From Podarcis filfolensis (taxonomy: Eukaryota), in assembly GCA_964270895.1 (NCBI GenBank), contig OZ185435.1: DNA of 64,000 nt; one strand, given 5' to 3'. This document shows, one piece after another, positions 24,291-35,597 of this stretch. The notes beneath the pieces are model-generated. The model worked only from the letters and a program-made list of their open reading frames with translations, ran no database searches and was not told the DNA's origin. The translations under genes were made by a program, and so were the position numbers. Position 1 is the stretch's first letter. Each line of letters opens with the position of its first letter.

Positions 24291-26421
24291 CTGTATAAGG
24301 AAAATAAATATGGGTCAGGTGTATTATAACAGTTTAAATTACAGGTCAGTGTAGGTGGGACAGATGAAAACGTTCCATGGAGCCTAAATTAAGACTGATT
24401 CTAGATAGGGGCTTAATTTGTTACTAAAATATCACAAATGGATCATTAACACTTATTAAAAATTATTGGATTTCTTCAAAAAGAGTAAGTCCATATTAAA
24501 TGGGGCAAAAAATATAGGCTGGGATTTTGATGCCAATGACATCATGTGGACACTACAAAAATGTTCCCATAAAAAACACCTTCTGGAGCCCCCCCCCCCG
24601 ATGTTTTTTGCTTCCCACTATAAACCATAGTTGTCCCCAAAATAAGACCAGAAAGCAACGCTATACAGTATAGGGCTCAGCTGAAATATATTTTGCAAGC
24701 ATTTTGCAGCTCCCCCCAAACACCCTGTGTCTTCAGTGAAGATGGGGAGGAGGGATTTTAAAGGATGTGGAATCATGGAAGCATTCCTATAACCAACACT
24801 TCCTGCCTTGCCATGCTGCAATGAAACCATCATAGCCGGAAAGACAAGCGTAACTGTGTTGCCAAGACAACTGGGGACAATACTCTGTGTCTTACTGCAC
24901 TGCTATGCTACCCTATGGTGGTTCCACAGTAGCACAGATATGCAGGAAGCGTCACTCCAGTTCCTTAGCAACAAGGATACACCCCTTCACAGCAATCTGA
25001 GCTTGATTGGCCTTAGTAACATCACCATATAACCAAATCTCACTGGTTATGGACTGCTGTTATGTCACTGCATTCTGTAAATGAGTCCTGACTGGTTGAC
25101 AGAACAGCTGGGGAAGAAACAGTAGCAGAGCAGGACGTTTAGAAGGTTTCAGACAATAGAAAGTCCTCTCCTTTGGAGGTGAAATTTCAGCAAAGTCTTG
25201 GTACTACAAAAGTGTAGAACAGTTTAAGGGGGGGGAATTATGAGCAAATAATATTTTAACCATGCATTCAAATAAATGAAAATGAATGCCACATTCTGAT
25301 TCTGACTTTTGGAGCAACGTGTGAAGTAAGTCTTATGTAAACATACAAAGGAGTGGATTGAAAGAGATTTCATTTTAGAACTAATTCAGTAAGAGGAAGG
25401 AAGAGCTACTATTTGAAAATACAGCACTAGCAAATTGGGACAAACTCCCTAAAGTATAGAACAAGCCACCTTGAGCTTTGAAAGGGCAATAGGTGCAGGG
25501 TAGAATCTATTAACATGCTTCTGCAGTAGAAAGGCTAGAAACTGTTAGATGAAGGGGAGGGTGAATATATTTGTCACCACATTGCTTACTCCATTCTAAC
25601 TTTTTATTATCAATTTCCGCAGAAGGTCAGCCTGGTGCCTGGTAGAAAATTGCATAAATTTATTGGCCTAATGCCAATGGAGTTAATGTTGCTAAGCTTA
25701 TAATTTATTTTCAAAATCCAAACTGACAATGCAAAAAAAATGCAAGTTAAACCAGCAGGAATCTTTGCAAATAATCACTGTGCATTAGTTATATATGGAA
25801 TTTTATATGGGGCCACTGCCTGGGGAACTATCAGCAGAAGCTTTAGATCTAGTGATGGCCCATTCTTAAACAAGATGAGAATATCAACAGCTGCAGCTCG
25901 TCTCATCCCTACATTGCAAGCCCCCCTCTTCTAAAAGTCTTTATCCTGCCTTTCTCTCCCAACAATGGTGCCTCTCCTCAAGGCAGCGATATAATAGTAC
26001 AGAAGCCCTATCTACCTTTATATAAGCCTATGTTCCTCACCGGAAGGCCCTTGTGGTGGTGGCAAGCTACACATTGTGAGCTCAAATTATTAGTGAAATG
26101 GATGAGGGAAAAATGCTGCTGCCCCCCCCCCCAAAATAGTGTCTCTAGTCAGACCACTTGCCCTCACATTTTCCTTTTGGAGGAAGCCCAGCAAACAACC
26201 TAATGAAATGGGCAAGAACAGATAGAATTTATATAGCAAGGAAGGGAAGAAAAGGAAAAAAGAGAACTATATCCAACACAAATAGAAGGGGGTGGACTTC
26301 AGTAAGTGATGCACAGATTAGTAAGCAATTGGAGTCTCTCAGCACGGCCTCTTGCTACTCAAGCCCTGTGGTGGGATGCAGCTCAATCTATGCTACTCGA
26401 AGTCTGTGGCCCTGTTTCAAT

Positions 26422-26555
26422 CACATGTAGCCAATGCAGTGTCCTTCATGTTGGACTACAACTCCCATTAGCCTCCAGTCAATAAAGCCAATTGGCCGGG
26501 GATGATAGGAGTTGTAGTTTACAATACCTTGAGGGCATCACATTGGCTGCCTTTG
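26422..26555. mobile_element. Palindromic hAT-like MITE (actacaactccc family)
   Basis: gtagccaat...ggactacaactccc / ggagttgtagttt...attggctgcc. Confidence 0.7.
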
Positions 26556-27973
26556 GTTTTGAGAATACTGAGTTAGACAGCCCGTCTCATTTTAAGATCA
26601 CTTCCTATGTTCTCACACTAGGCCTTTATGCAGATGTATAGAGTGAATTGTAAAATTCATGGCAGATCCCACAATCTACTCTGGAGTTTTGGTACAACAT
26701 AAATCCAGATTCTATAACGCTCTCCAGTGACTTGATGGAAACTTTTCAGGGAGTGAGATGAATTAATGAGTGCTATTCATTCCCATTATCAATCCTTATG
26801 CCTCCTTTTAAACATAATTTTATTTTTATAAAAAGCTTTATTCAGTAACATAAGGGTGCTTTTTTTGTTTACTTGTACAACAGCAAATAACCACTTCTAA
26901 AATCAGCAGTCTGTAGTTACTGCGCCTTTTCTAAAGGCTAGGATATATAAAGGAGGTGATTATATAAATAGGACCAATATAGGTTGCTGAAGAAGGGTGC
27001 AAGCTTTGCTGATTTTACAGAGCTTTCAGTTTCAAAACACAGCATAATGTCATAAACTTTGTTTTCATTCCACTCTGTCCAAGCAAGCAGGTTTTGTAAA
27101 ACACCAAAGTTTGTAGTCATGAATGTGGGATTCATTTAGTTCAGCCAAAACGTCTTGAACAAATAACTCCTACTCTGGAAATTATTTTTTAACGTGAGTA
27201 GCCTATTAAGATTCTACATCCATGCAAGGGAATGCCAGTACTTTACCACATATGCATTTCTAGATAAGTAATGATGCCTGGTTAAACACTAATAGGAGTA
27301 CATGGAACTGCTGTTAAGTTTATACACACCTTTCTGTTTTAACTCAAACATTAAACTTGCTATCCACTCTCCTAAGAATTACCTTCTGACCTTCTGACAG
27401 CCTAATCTGGTCCCTCCTCTCAGATCTAGCTATTTGGTTTGGAACTTCTCATTTAGATTATTGCAATGCATTCTCTTAAAAATGAATTGGAAGCATGCTG
27501 TAGATGGTTAATAGGTACAAGCTTTCTCTATCATTGCATCTCCATGCTGGGGGAAAGCAAGATCAGTTGAATTTCTGCCTGTATGATTAATTTGTTAAAT
27601 CATTCAAGACAAAAGCAGCCTTCATGATGTAATCAGTTTTGGTCAGGGACTGCTACTTCAGTAATTAGAGCCAATTAATTCATTGCTGTGCAAATGAAGA
27701 ACACCTTCCAACAGAATCTAAACAGCACGAGATCTTCACAGGATATACCTAATAACTTGGAATGTGGCTTTTGACTCCAATGACAACAAATCTGAAAGAA
27801 AAGCAGAAATCTGGCTGAACATGACCAGGAACACATGTTCATTGGATAAGAGCTATTCAGCATGAGGACATTATAACTTGATTGCCAAATTAGTAAATGT
27901 GAAGCTTCAAGCAAGTTACTAGGTCCAAAACACCTTTTTGAGCAAAAGAATTTACCTTACTAAATACTCTCTA

Positions 27974-27976
<3 letters not shown>

Positions 27977-28056
<80 letters not shown>
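27977..28056. repeat. Compound microsatellite (GT)16(AT)24
   Basis: Read directly. Confidence 0.97.
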
Positions 28057-28063
<7 letters not shown>

Positions 28064-28911
28064 ATTTGAATTTGCCATATTCTCTAAAAATATTCTTTCA
28101 GTTAGGTTGAGCTGCCAGGCTACAACAAAGTGAAACCTCATTTACCTCAATGAGATTTACCTTAAAATCTCTTGGTACATTGGGAGACAAGGCAGCTGTG
28201 GCTTCTCCCACCCCAGTCCTTCATCAGTACTATCATCTCAATCCCTTCACCCAATCTGACTCCAGGTGTGCTTCAAAGGAGGTAGGGGGAGGGGGGAAAT
28301 GATCTAGGATGGGAACAGGCAGCAGAAGTCATGGCTGCCTTGGGAGATTTAAAGTTATAAGAACGTTATTCAGGTTTGAACGCAGCAATCTTACAATCAG
28401 ATGAACAGCCTGTTCAGCACTCGGAAAAAGGGCAACGCCATGAGGCAGAGAACTACAGCTAGTTTATACATCTTTTTATGTAACTTGATTAAATTAGTAA
28501 GGCCCAGGTGGATTCTAGGACTAAAACTGCCTGATATGAAACATTACCCATGCAACTTCCAATTAAACACCTGCCTAGGCAATTCTTACCATTATTTGTA
28601 GAGGCTCATCAGCTTGCTGAGTGTTAATGTACACTAGTAAAAATGATTACTTTGTAAAAGCCAATGCTACTTTTTAAAAAATAAAAAAGATTGTTTTGAG
28701 TGTGTGTTAATTATCCACTAAAATTATATGAATGGCTGGACAAATTAACAGGTTTGACCACATAACTGAGGGTTATTTCCTTCTTATTTTGACTTACATG
28801 AGAGAAAATCCCACGAAGTGCAATGGAGCTTACTTTCGAGTAGACCTGCACAGGACTGCACTGTTAAGAGTCTGGTCACTTTATCACTTATCAACACACT
28901 GCCCAGTGGAC

Positions 28912-29111
28912 AAAGGGGCTGTAGCTCAATAAGAGACTATCTGCTTTGCTAGCAGAAGGTCCTGCATTCAATCCCTGGCAATTCCTCCAATTAAAAAAAC
29001 AACTAGGTGGCAGGTGATGTGACAGACTTCCGCCACCCACAGTAGACAAAACTGGGCTAGTGATGAACAAATAATCAGATCTGGTAGCATATAAAACAGC
29101 TTATGTTTCTA
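28912..29111 (+). mobile_element. tRNA-derived squamate SINE (Squam3-like)
   Basis: aaggggctgtagctca...cagaaggtcctgcattcaatccctggca head (A/B boxes), body, and tail cagcttatgtttcta. Confidence 0.75.
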
Positions 29112-29555
29112 ATGTAACAGGCCCTCAGAAACTATCCCTCAGGCTCATATTTTTTTAAAGCTAGGATATTCTGTTTAGATTAGGATATTCTGAAAGATGG
29201 TCCTTTACAACACATTAAAGCATTTTCTAACACTTATCATAGCTGAAGTTTTAAAGATTCCAAAATGTGCGAGAGAAACAGACTTTAAGAGTCTGTGGCC
29301 GTTGGACACTGAGCTGCTATGAAGATAAGATGCCAAGGTAGAAAAAGAGGTTCCTATATTTTAATCATCAGGCAAAAGGGGAGTATCAGCAGCTGTGGCT
29401 CTTCTCACCTCTGCAAGATAAGTGGCACCCGTCAAGAATCCAGCTTCTATATAACTATGAAATATATGGCAGTCAAATCCCCTTTGGTATATGGTCACTC
29501 TGTATGAGGAAACTTTCAAAATGCAGCACAGAGGTTAAACAGGAGAAACTATCTC

Positions 29556-29648
29556 ACAGTGCAATCCTCTCACCATGTCCACTCAGAAGTAAGTCTGATT
29601 GAATTCAGCGGGTCTTACTCTCAGGTAAGTGGGGTTACGATTGCAGCC
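29556..29648. mobile_element. Short palindromic MITE (gcaatcc...ggattgcagcc family; related degenerate copies near 17695, 22290, 28785, 51635)
   Basis: tgcaatcct..ctcagaagtaagt..gaattca..cttactctcaggtaag..gattgcagcc. Confidence 0.6.
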
Positions 29649-31590
29649 TTAAGGAAGAGACTACCTACAAGAACTTGGCATGTGGGGCAAAGTCTCCCTC
29701 CATTCCCAAATAAAGATCAAGTTGACTTACCCATCCTCTGATATTTTCATCAGCTTCAGTCTTTAAAAATCTCTGCCATTAAAGGTTGGTTCCCTGAACC
29801 ACATCCACTTTGCAATCATTCCGGGGGTGGGGGGCACAAAACAACCCAAAATGCCCTTGTAGAAATTCTTTACAGAGGTGGGGAGGGGGAGAGAGAATCT
29901 TCTGAGCAGCCAATCAAGCAGCGTTTGCCAAGACTGTACTCCGTACAAAGCACATTCAGCTTTGTATTCAACAATATGCTCTACTAATAGTTAACATAAA
30001 TCATTAGGGTAACTTTACAACATAAAAGACCAAACCATTTAATCTGGATTGTTCTTTTATATATCCCCCACTTCGCAAGGTTGCCATGCAACTGACTTGT
30101 AGCTAAGCAGCAATAAGTAAGTGACGATGCTATTGCTCCCTCTAGTGTAAATATGCATTATTATTTATTAAATTCATAAAGTCTAGAAGCAATAATTTAC
30201 CATCCCAGCCAGCAGAAGGAAACCACCATGCATTCCCCAAAGACCAGAAGAATTACTTATAAATAATTGCTGCACATTAACAGGTTTGCCTGCTGTGTTT
30301 TTCCTGGTGTTTGGGGTGGCCCCCTCTTTGAGAATGTTTCTCTGTGTGAGTTCACTGGCACTTAAACAAGTAGGGCTGACATCCATAGAATGGGCCGAGT
30401 GCTTTGTAAAAAGGGATCAGATTGTGAGGTAGCACAGATCTGCTGAATTCTGTAACTGGGACATCTTTCACCTTTTCAGTAATTTCCTCCTTTGGCACAC
30501 AGTGAGTACATGGACTTCTTCACCTTTTATAGGAGGAGGTAGTGGGTGGCAGTTTTATTACACAGTGTGCAAGATAGTTCTTGCTGCACATGTGCGCAAT
30601 TTAACAACCAGTCCTGTGAACCATCTGCTTCTCTGGCCATGCTATGTGATGCTCTTCCTTCAATGTGCTTCTGAAAGGCATATCTCTGTAACTAGCAAGC
30701 AGACAAAAAGTTAGAGCCTAGTGCACTTCCTCTAGAGAAGGGTCTTTTACCGTTCGTGTTAAAGCTATGAATTAGGGACTTGCCAGTTTCACCTTAGCAA
30801 TGAATGAACTGGCTGCGTGTTGTGCACAGATCTATATTTTATATCAGCCTGACATATTTATATGTTACAGTAAGAGTTGTACTGCTACAGATATAACCTT
30901 AGGTGGCATAACCTACATGCATCTATGGGTCAATGAAACTAGCTTGATAGGAATCAAATCAAACAGATACTTGGACTGTCATTGGATCTGTAAATAAATG
31001 TTGTAAAATTTGCCTCTGGTGAACAAATATTACACCTTTTGTTACCTATGGGTGAAACAGTTGTGTGTGCTGTTTTGTGATAGCTTAGGGTATATATCAT
31101 TCTTCAAGATTAGTCTTCCGAATTGAAGCCATGTGTGTTTCTGATTTAAACTGAAATCACTACCTACCTGGTTGGTTTATTCTATGGAGGTTGGAAACTC
31201 TGGCATTTGTGGGTCTTGTACTTTGAGGAACCTCTTTAGAGACAACAGCCACAGATATATACTTCTCTTTATGCAAATCAGCTATAGAGACTCTCCTTAG
31301 AGTTGGCCACGCTGGGGAAATTGATTTAAAGCAAGCTATGATAAAATCTTACATTGGAGTTTGTTGAATTAATTGATAGCTGGGTTACTCACTATAGTTC
31401 TTTTGGGAGCCATGGGGCCAGGTGGCTACATGGTAAGGAATGGGACTGGAAAAGAAGAAATAACTGTTTGCTTAAGAAGAAAATATAGAAGGGCAAGTCT
31501 TTTGCAGCTTATCATGTTGGCACTGAAAACCATGATGCAGGAAAAAGAACTGGATAGTAGCCTGTAAAACACAGTGAATGAAGCAGTGTA

Positions 31591-31736
31591 CAGTGGCGTA
31601 GCGTGGGGGGTGCAGGGGGGCTGGCCGCACCAGGCACAACATCTGGGGGTTAGGGTTAGGGGGCACAAATCCACGGGTTAGGGGGCGCAAATTACTTGCC
31701 TTGCCCCGGGTGCTGACAACCCACGCTACGCCACTG
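31591..31736. mobile_element. Young hAT MITE with perfect TIR and TSD, carrying TTAGGG units
   Basis: Perfect 17-bp TIR CAGTGGCGTAGCGTGGG / CCCACGCTACGCCACTG; perfect 8-bp TSD GCAGTGTA (31583-31590, 31737-31744). Confidence 0.92.
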
Positions 31737-34700
31737 GCAGTGTATCCTGAAAAGTAATTTATGCAAAGCAGGACATTAGCACAGAGAAGGAGTCAGACCA
31801 CCATAGAATTAAGAAGTAAGTTTGCTTTCATGCTAAGCACAGGAATGAGATGTTGGAGAACAGTTTTTTTCTCCAGGATCAGTTGGCAGAGAAATCTTGT
31901 ATTGTGCTAGATGGCAGGAGTTGTGGAAATGCTAGTGTAAGGGTGGCCTCAAAACCCACAGTATTCATCCCAAACTCTACATGGGACCAAGGTTTGATCA
32001 ACATGAACTGCAGCTTATTATCAAGCACAAGGTGGTTCCCAGAGTGTTGCCTCCCCCTCCACTTGTCTGTCCAGAGCTGTTCCCTCACATTTTTCCTTGA
32101 GCCTGCTTCTTGAACTCAGGGTAAGGACCAGTACTGCTCCCATGCTGGATGACTTACCCTTATACAAAAATCAGACCCAAAAGGGAATTCCTTGTAGACA
32201 TAGCCTATGAGATTTGCCAGGAATCTCAGAATCCTGCTGTTCCTAGAAGCTCTAACTTCATTACACCACCTTCTCTAGGGTGATGTCTTCTCTATATCAG
32301 GTGGGGTTGACCAGGAGAGTGGTACTGGTCTCTGCACTATGATAAGGTAGCTAATGCAATACTTCCTCTGCTCTTCACAGGCATCTGATTCAGCCTCTAT
32401 CCCCAGGACCCTCTCCTCCACACACAGGGCTTGGTCCATGTTTCTTGGCCCTTTCTCCTTTTAGCCATTTGTTCAGAACCCAAGAGCATCTCCCTCCAGC
32501 TACCGATTATAGGTCATATTTCATAGTTCTTTCACCACTGGAAACTTTTTAGTGAGCAATTAGCGTGACACAGAGAAAGAAATGGACATCTATCATATAT
32601 AGAAGTGCAGGAGTAAATGCTGATGTACAGGAGCGAATTGTTATAGTCCCCCTAGCCACGCTTCCAACCAGAGTCTAAAACACGAAAGCAACTGCAAGGA
32701 GCTTATAAGCAACTAAACCTCACAGCTGATCCCTACTCCCATTCCCAAGTCAGAGGTGTTAGGAATCTTGAGAGAGAGCCACTTTCCAGAGTTTGCTCTC
32801 TTCCTGCCCTTTGAGGGCCTGGCTTTCTGGAGAGCCGAGGTGGGACAGTGGATATGCTGTTTGTTGAAGTGTTAAGCATGCCTCCACCTATGCTCAATCT
32901 GTATATTTGTAAATAAATTCAAACATTACAAAACGTCATACAGTGGTGCTGTCAGGGTAGGACTTTAGGGCCTCCTCATCAGAATGAGCAGGAGGAGCAC
33001 TTAACGTAGCAGGGCTGGTTTATCACATTTTGAAGTGTGGTATTACCATTTTAAGGAAGGTGGCTGGCTCCCCATAAGACCTTTAGTCCAAAAGGCTAAA
33101 ATTATCTGGCTACATCATTATGCCATAAACCTCCAGAGATATCCTTCCAAAGCAAACAAAATCCAGATAGTTGTTGTACCCCGGAACTTCTCACTGCTCG
33201 GGAAAGTGTGGTGGCATAACAAGGTGGAAGTCACACTAGGCCTTTTCAGACCTTCCCCTCCATACATAACATGCAGGAAAGAATGGAATTGTGTTCCACA
33301 CAGATCCCAACATCGCCATATGCCACCGGCCCCACTTCGAGATCTCTGCAAGGACAGTTAAGGCCTCAGAAGGGGCCCTTTTGCGCATACAGGTGAACAT
33401 ACATGGGAGCTGTTTTCAGTTTTTCGTGTGGAACAGGTCTGGGAATGGGGGCAGTGGGCATGGTCTTGTCCTCTTATACATATTAGCTGTACAGGTAGAA
33501 GGGACTGGTGAAAGGGGCTTATGTCTGCAATAAATTCTTGCAAGTTTGCCTCATTTATTATACATTTTTGTTACAGCCGGACCAAATGGTTTTATAACTT
33601 GGGGAAAGCATACATGTGATTTTTATTATATTATATGTCATTATTAAATCAGCAATATTTGCTTGTCTCATAAAATTAAAAAAGTATCTACTTTAACTTC
33701 CAAAATCAAGGCCTCTAACATGACCTGCTTATGTGTTGTTGCAGCAGGAAAAAATGATAAGGACCAAAGCATCTATGTTTTGGTGACCCCCTGTTGTCTC
33801 AGTCCTACATCTGCCATGGACTACCTCACAGGACTGTTGCAAGCACTGAGTTAATATATGCAAAGTGCTTGAAATTAATACCTCTTTCTCCTCTCCACTA
33901 GGAGAGGATTTAGACATGTTTAGAATAAAACTGCCCACCATGACATTTCCCCCACTTTCTGTAGTCTTTGGAGGTCGCAAATGAATATGGGATATTAGAT
34001 GAAATAATTTTTCACTCATTCTGCAGAGGGATGCCCAAATTCTCCTCAAGTGTACATACAGTTGACAAAGAACCATGGCAGTTGGCGGCCCCCTAATGAC
34101 CGTTGCAGGTATAGTGCTCCAGTCTGCATGTTTAAGTATACATGGCCTTAGAATTGAGGTGTTTTTCTTTAAAGATGCTCAGTACATGATATCTCCATGC
34201 CCTTATCATATATGGAGTTCAGTAAGTTTATCCTCCCTGCATATTGGAAAATCCACTCCCCTGGGGTATTGCAGCCTGTTCTTCAATACAGAGGCACTTT
34301 CCCTGTGTTTCACACCACCTTCTCCATTCCATACTGTGCTGCACACAACAGCATCTGGCCCATTGTGCTGAGTTCTATTAATATGCATTAGTTTAAAATA
34401 TTTGAATATAAATGGTGCACCGTGAGCTTTTTGATAAAGCCAAAGGACATGCAAGTTCAGGACCTTTCTCTGCCTTTCTGAATTGAACATTAACCCTGAC
34501 TGAAAATTTCAAAACACCAGGAATACATATTCAAAACGTATCATTGTCTGAAATTTTGGCAGCCTTCTTATCACTGTACAACGAGCTCTTTGGAGAATTA
34601 CAGTGCAGTTTGGGTTTTCCCCCACCGCCAAATATTCATGGACAAAAAGGTTGTGAAGATTAGGTTCCCAAAACAACAGAACCATCACTAGAATCTAATT

Positions 34701-35183
34701 AAAGCTATTTGTCAGAAGCATCTTTTAAAATTCAACAAGGCTCTGTAGAAACCAGCCTTGAACTGAAACTAAAATTATCTTGCCCTGGGTGTAATTAGTC
34801 TAAGAGGGATTAATGAGCACATACAATTACACATTTGCTTTCCTACTCAGGCTTTGCATTTTTAGTGAAGAAAGAAAAATAAGTCACTAGGGTGGAGGAA
34901 ATGCAATAAGCAGAAGAGATAAGTACATCTTGCTACAGAGCTGCATAGCTTGGTGAACACAAATTACTGCTACCTTGGATGGCAGCTCTGGCAATACTCG
35001 CTTTTGCTTAATCAGATGTTCTTAGAAGCAGGTCTTTAAATTTATTCTTGGCTGTTGACTTTAGGAAAGAACCACAACTGCAGTTTGCAAATTATTTTTC
35101 CATTTTTTATTACGTTTACATGAATCTAGGTTTAAGGTGACCAGCCAGCTCTCGATTCCAAAGGCAATTAATTGTTGATGATG

Positions 35184-35597
35184 ATGCACACGAAAGCTCA
35201 TACCAAGAACTAACTTAGTTGGTCTTTAAGGTGTGCTCCCCGCGGCGGGGTGTGCTCCCGTTGCTCGGTCCCAGCGCCTGCCAACCTAGCAGTTCGAAAG
35301 CACCCCCGGGTGCAAGTAGATAAATAGGGACCGCTTACTAGCGGGAAGGTAAACGGCGTTCTGTGTGCTGCGCTGGCTCGCCAGATGCAGCTTGTCACGC
35401 TGGCCACGTGACCTGGAAGTGTCTGCGGACAGCGCTGGCTCCCGGCCTCTAGAGTGAGATGAGCGCACAACCCTAGAGTCTGTCAAGACTGGCCCGTACG
35501 GGCAGGGGTACCTTTACCTTTACCTTTAAGGTGCTACCGGAAGAATTTTTTTTTTTGTTGTTTTGACTATGGCAGACCAACACGGCTACCTATCTGT
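35184..35597 (+). mobile_element. Penelope-like terminal fragment split by a SINE insertion
   Basis: atgcacacgaaagctcataccaagaactaacttagttggtctttaaggtg [SINE] ctaccggaagaatttt...ctatggcagaccaacacggctacctatctg. Confidence 0.7.
35234..35527 (+). mobile_element. 5'-truncated Sauria SINE (variant subfamily)
   Basis: SINE body with (ACCTTT)n tail; flanked by duplicated TTTAAGGTG. Confidence 0.9.

Noticed and set aside
28912-28985. tRNA-like sequence (also near 3390 and 12250)
   Set aside because: Degenerate SINE heads continuing into SINE bodies; no intact cloverleaf.
32560-33027. Possible solo LTR (AATAAA-containing end terminating in ACA)
   Set aside because: No matching 5' TG boundary or TSD found.
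33729-34108. 115-aa minus ORF and an overlapping plus-strand exon-like segment (34027-34108)
   Set aside because: No recognisable homology or consistent gene model.
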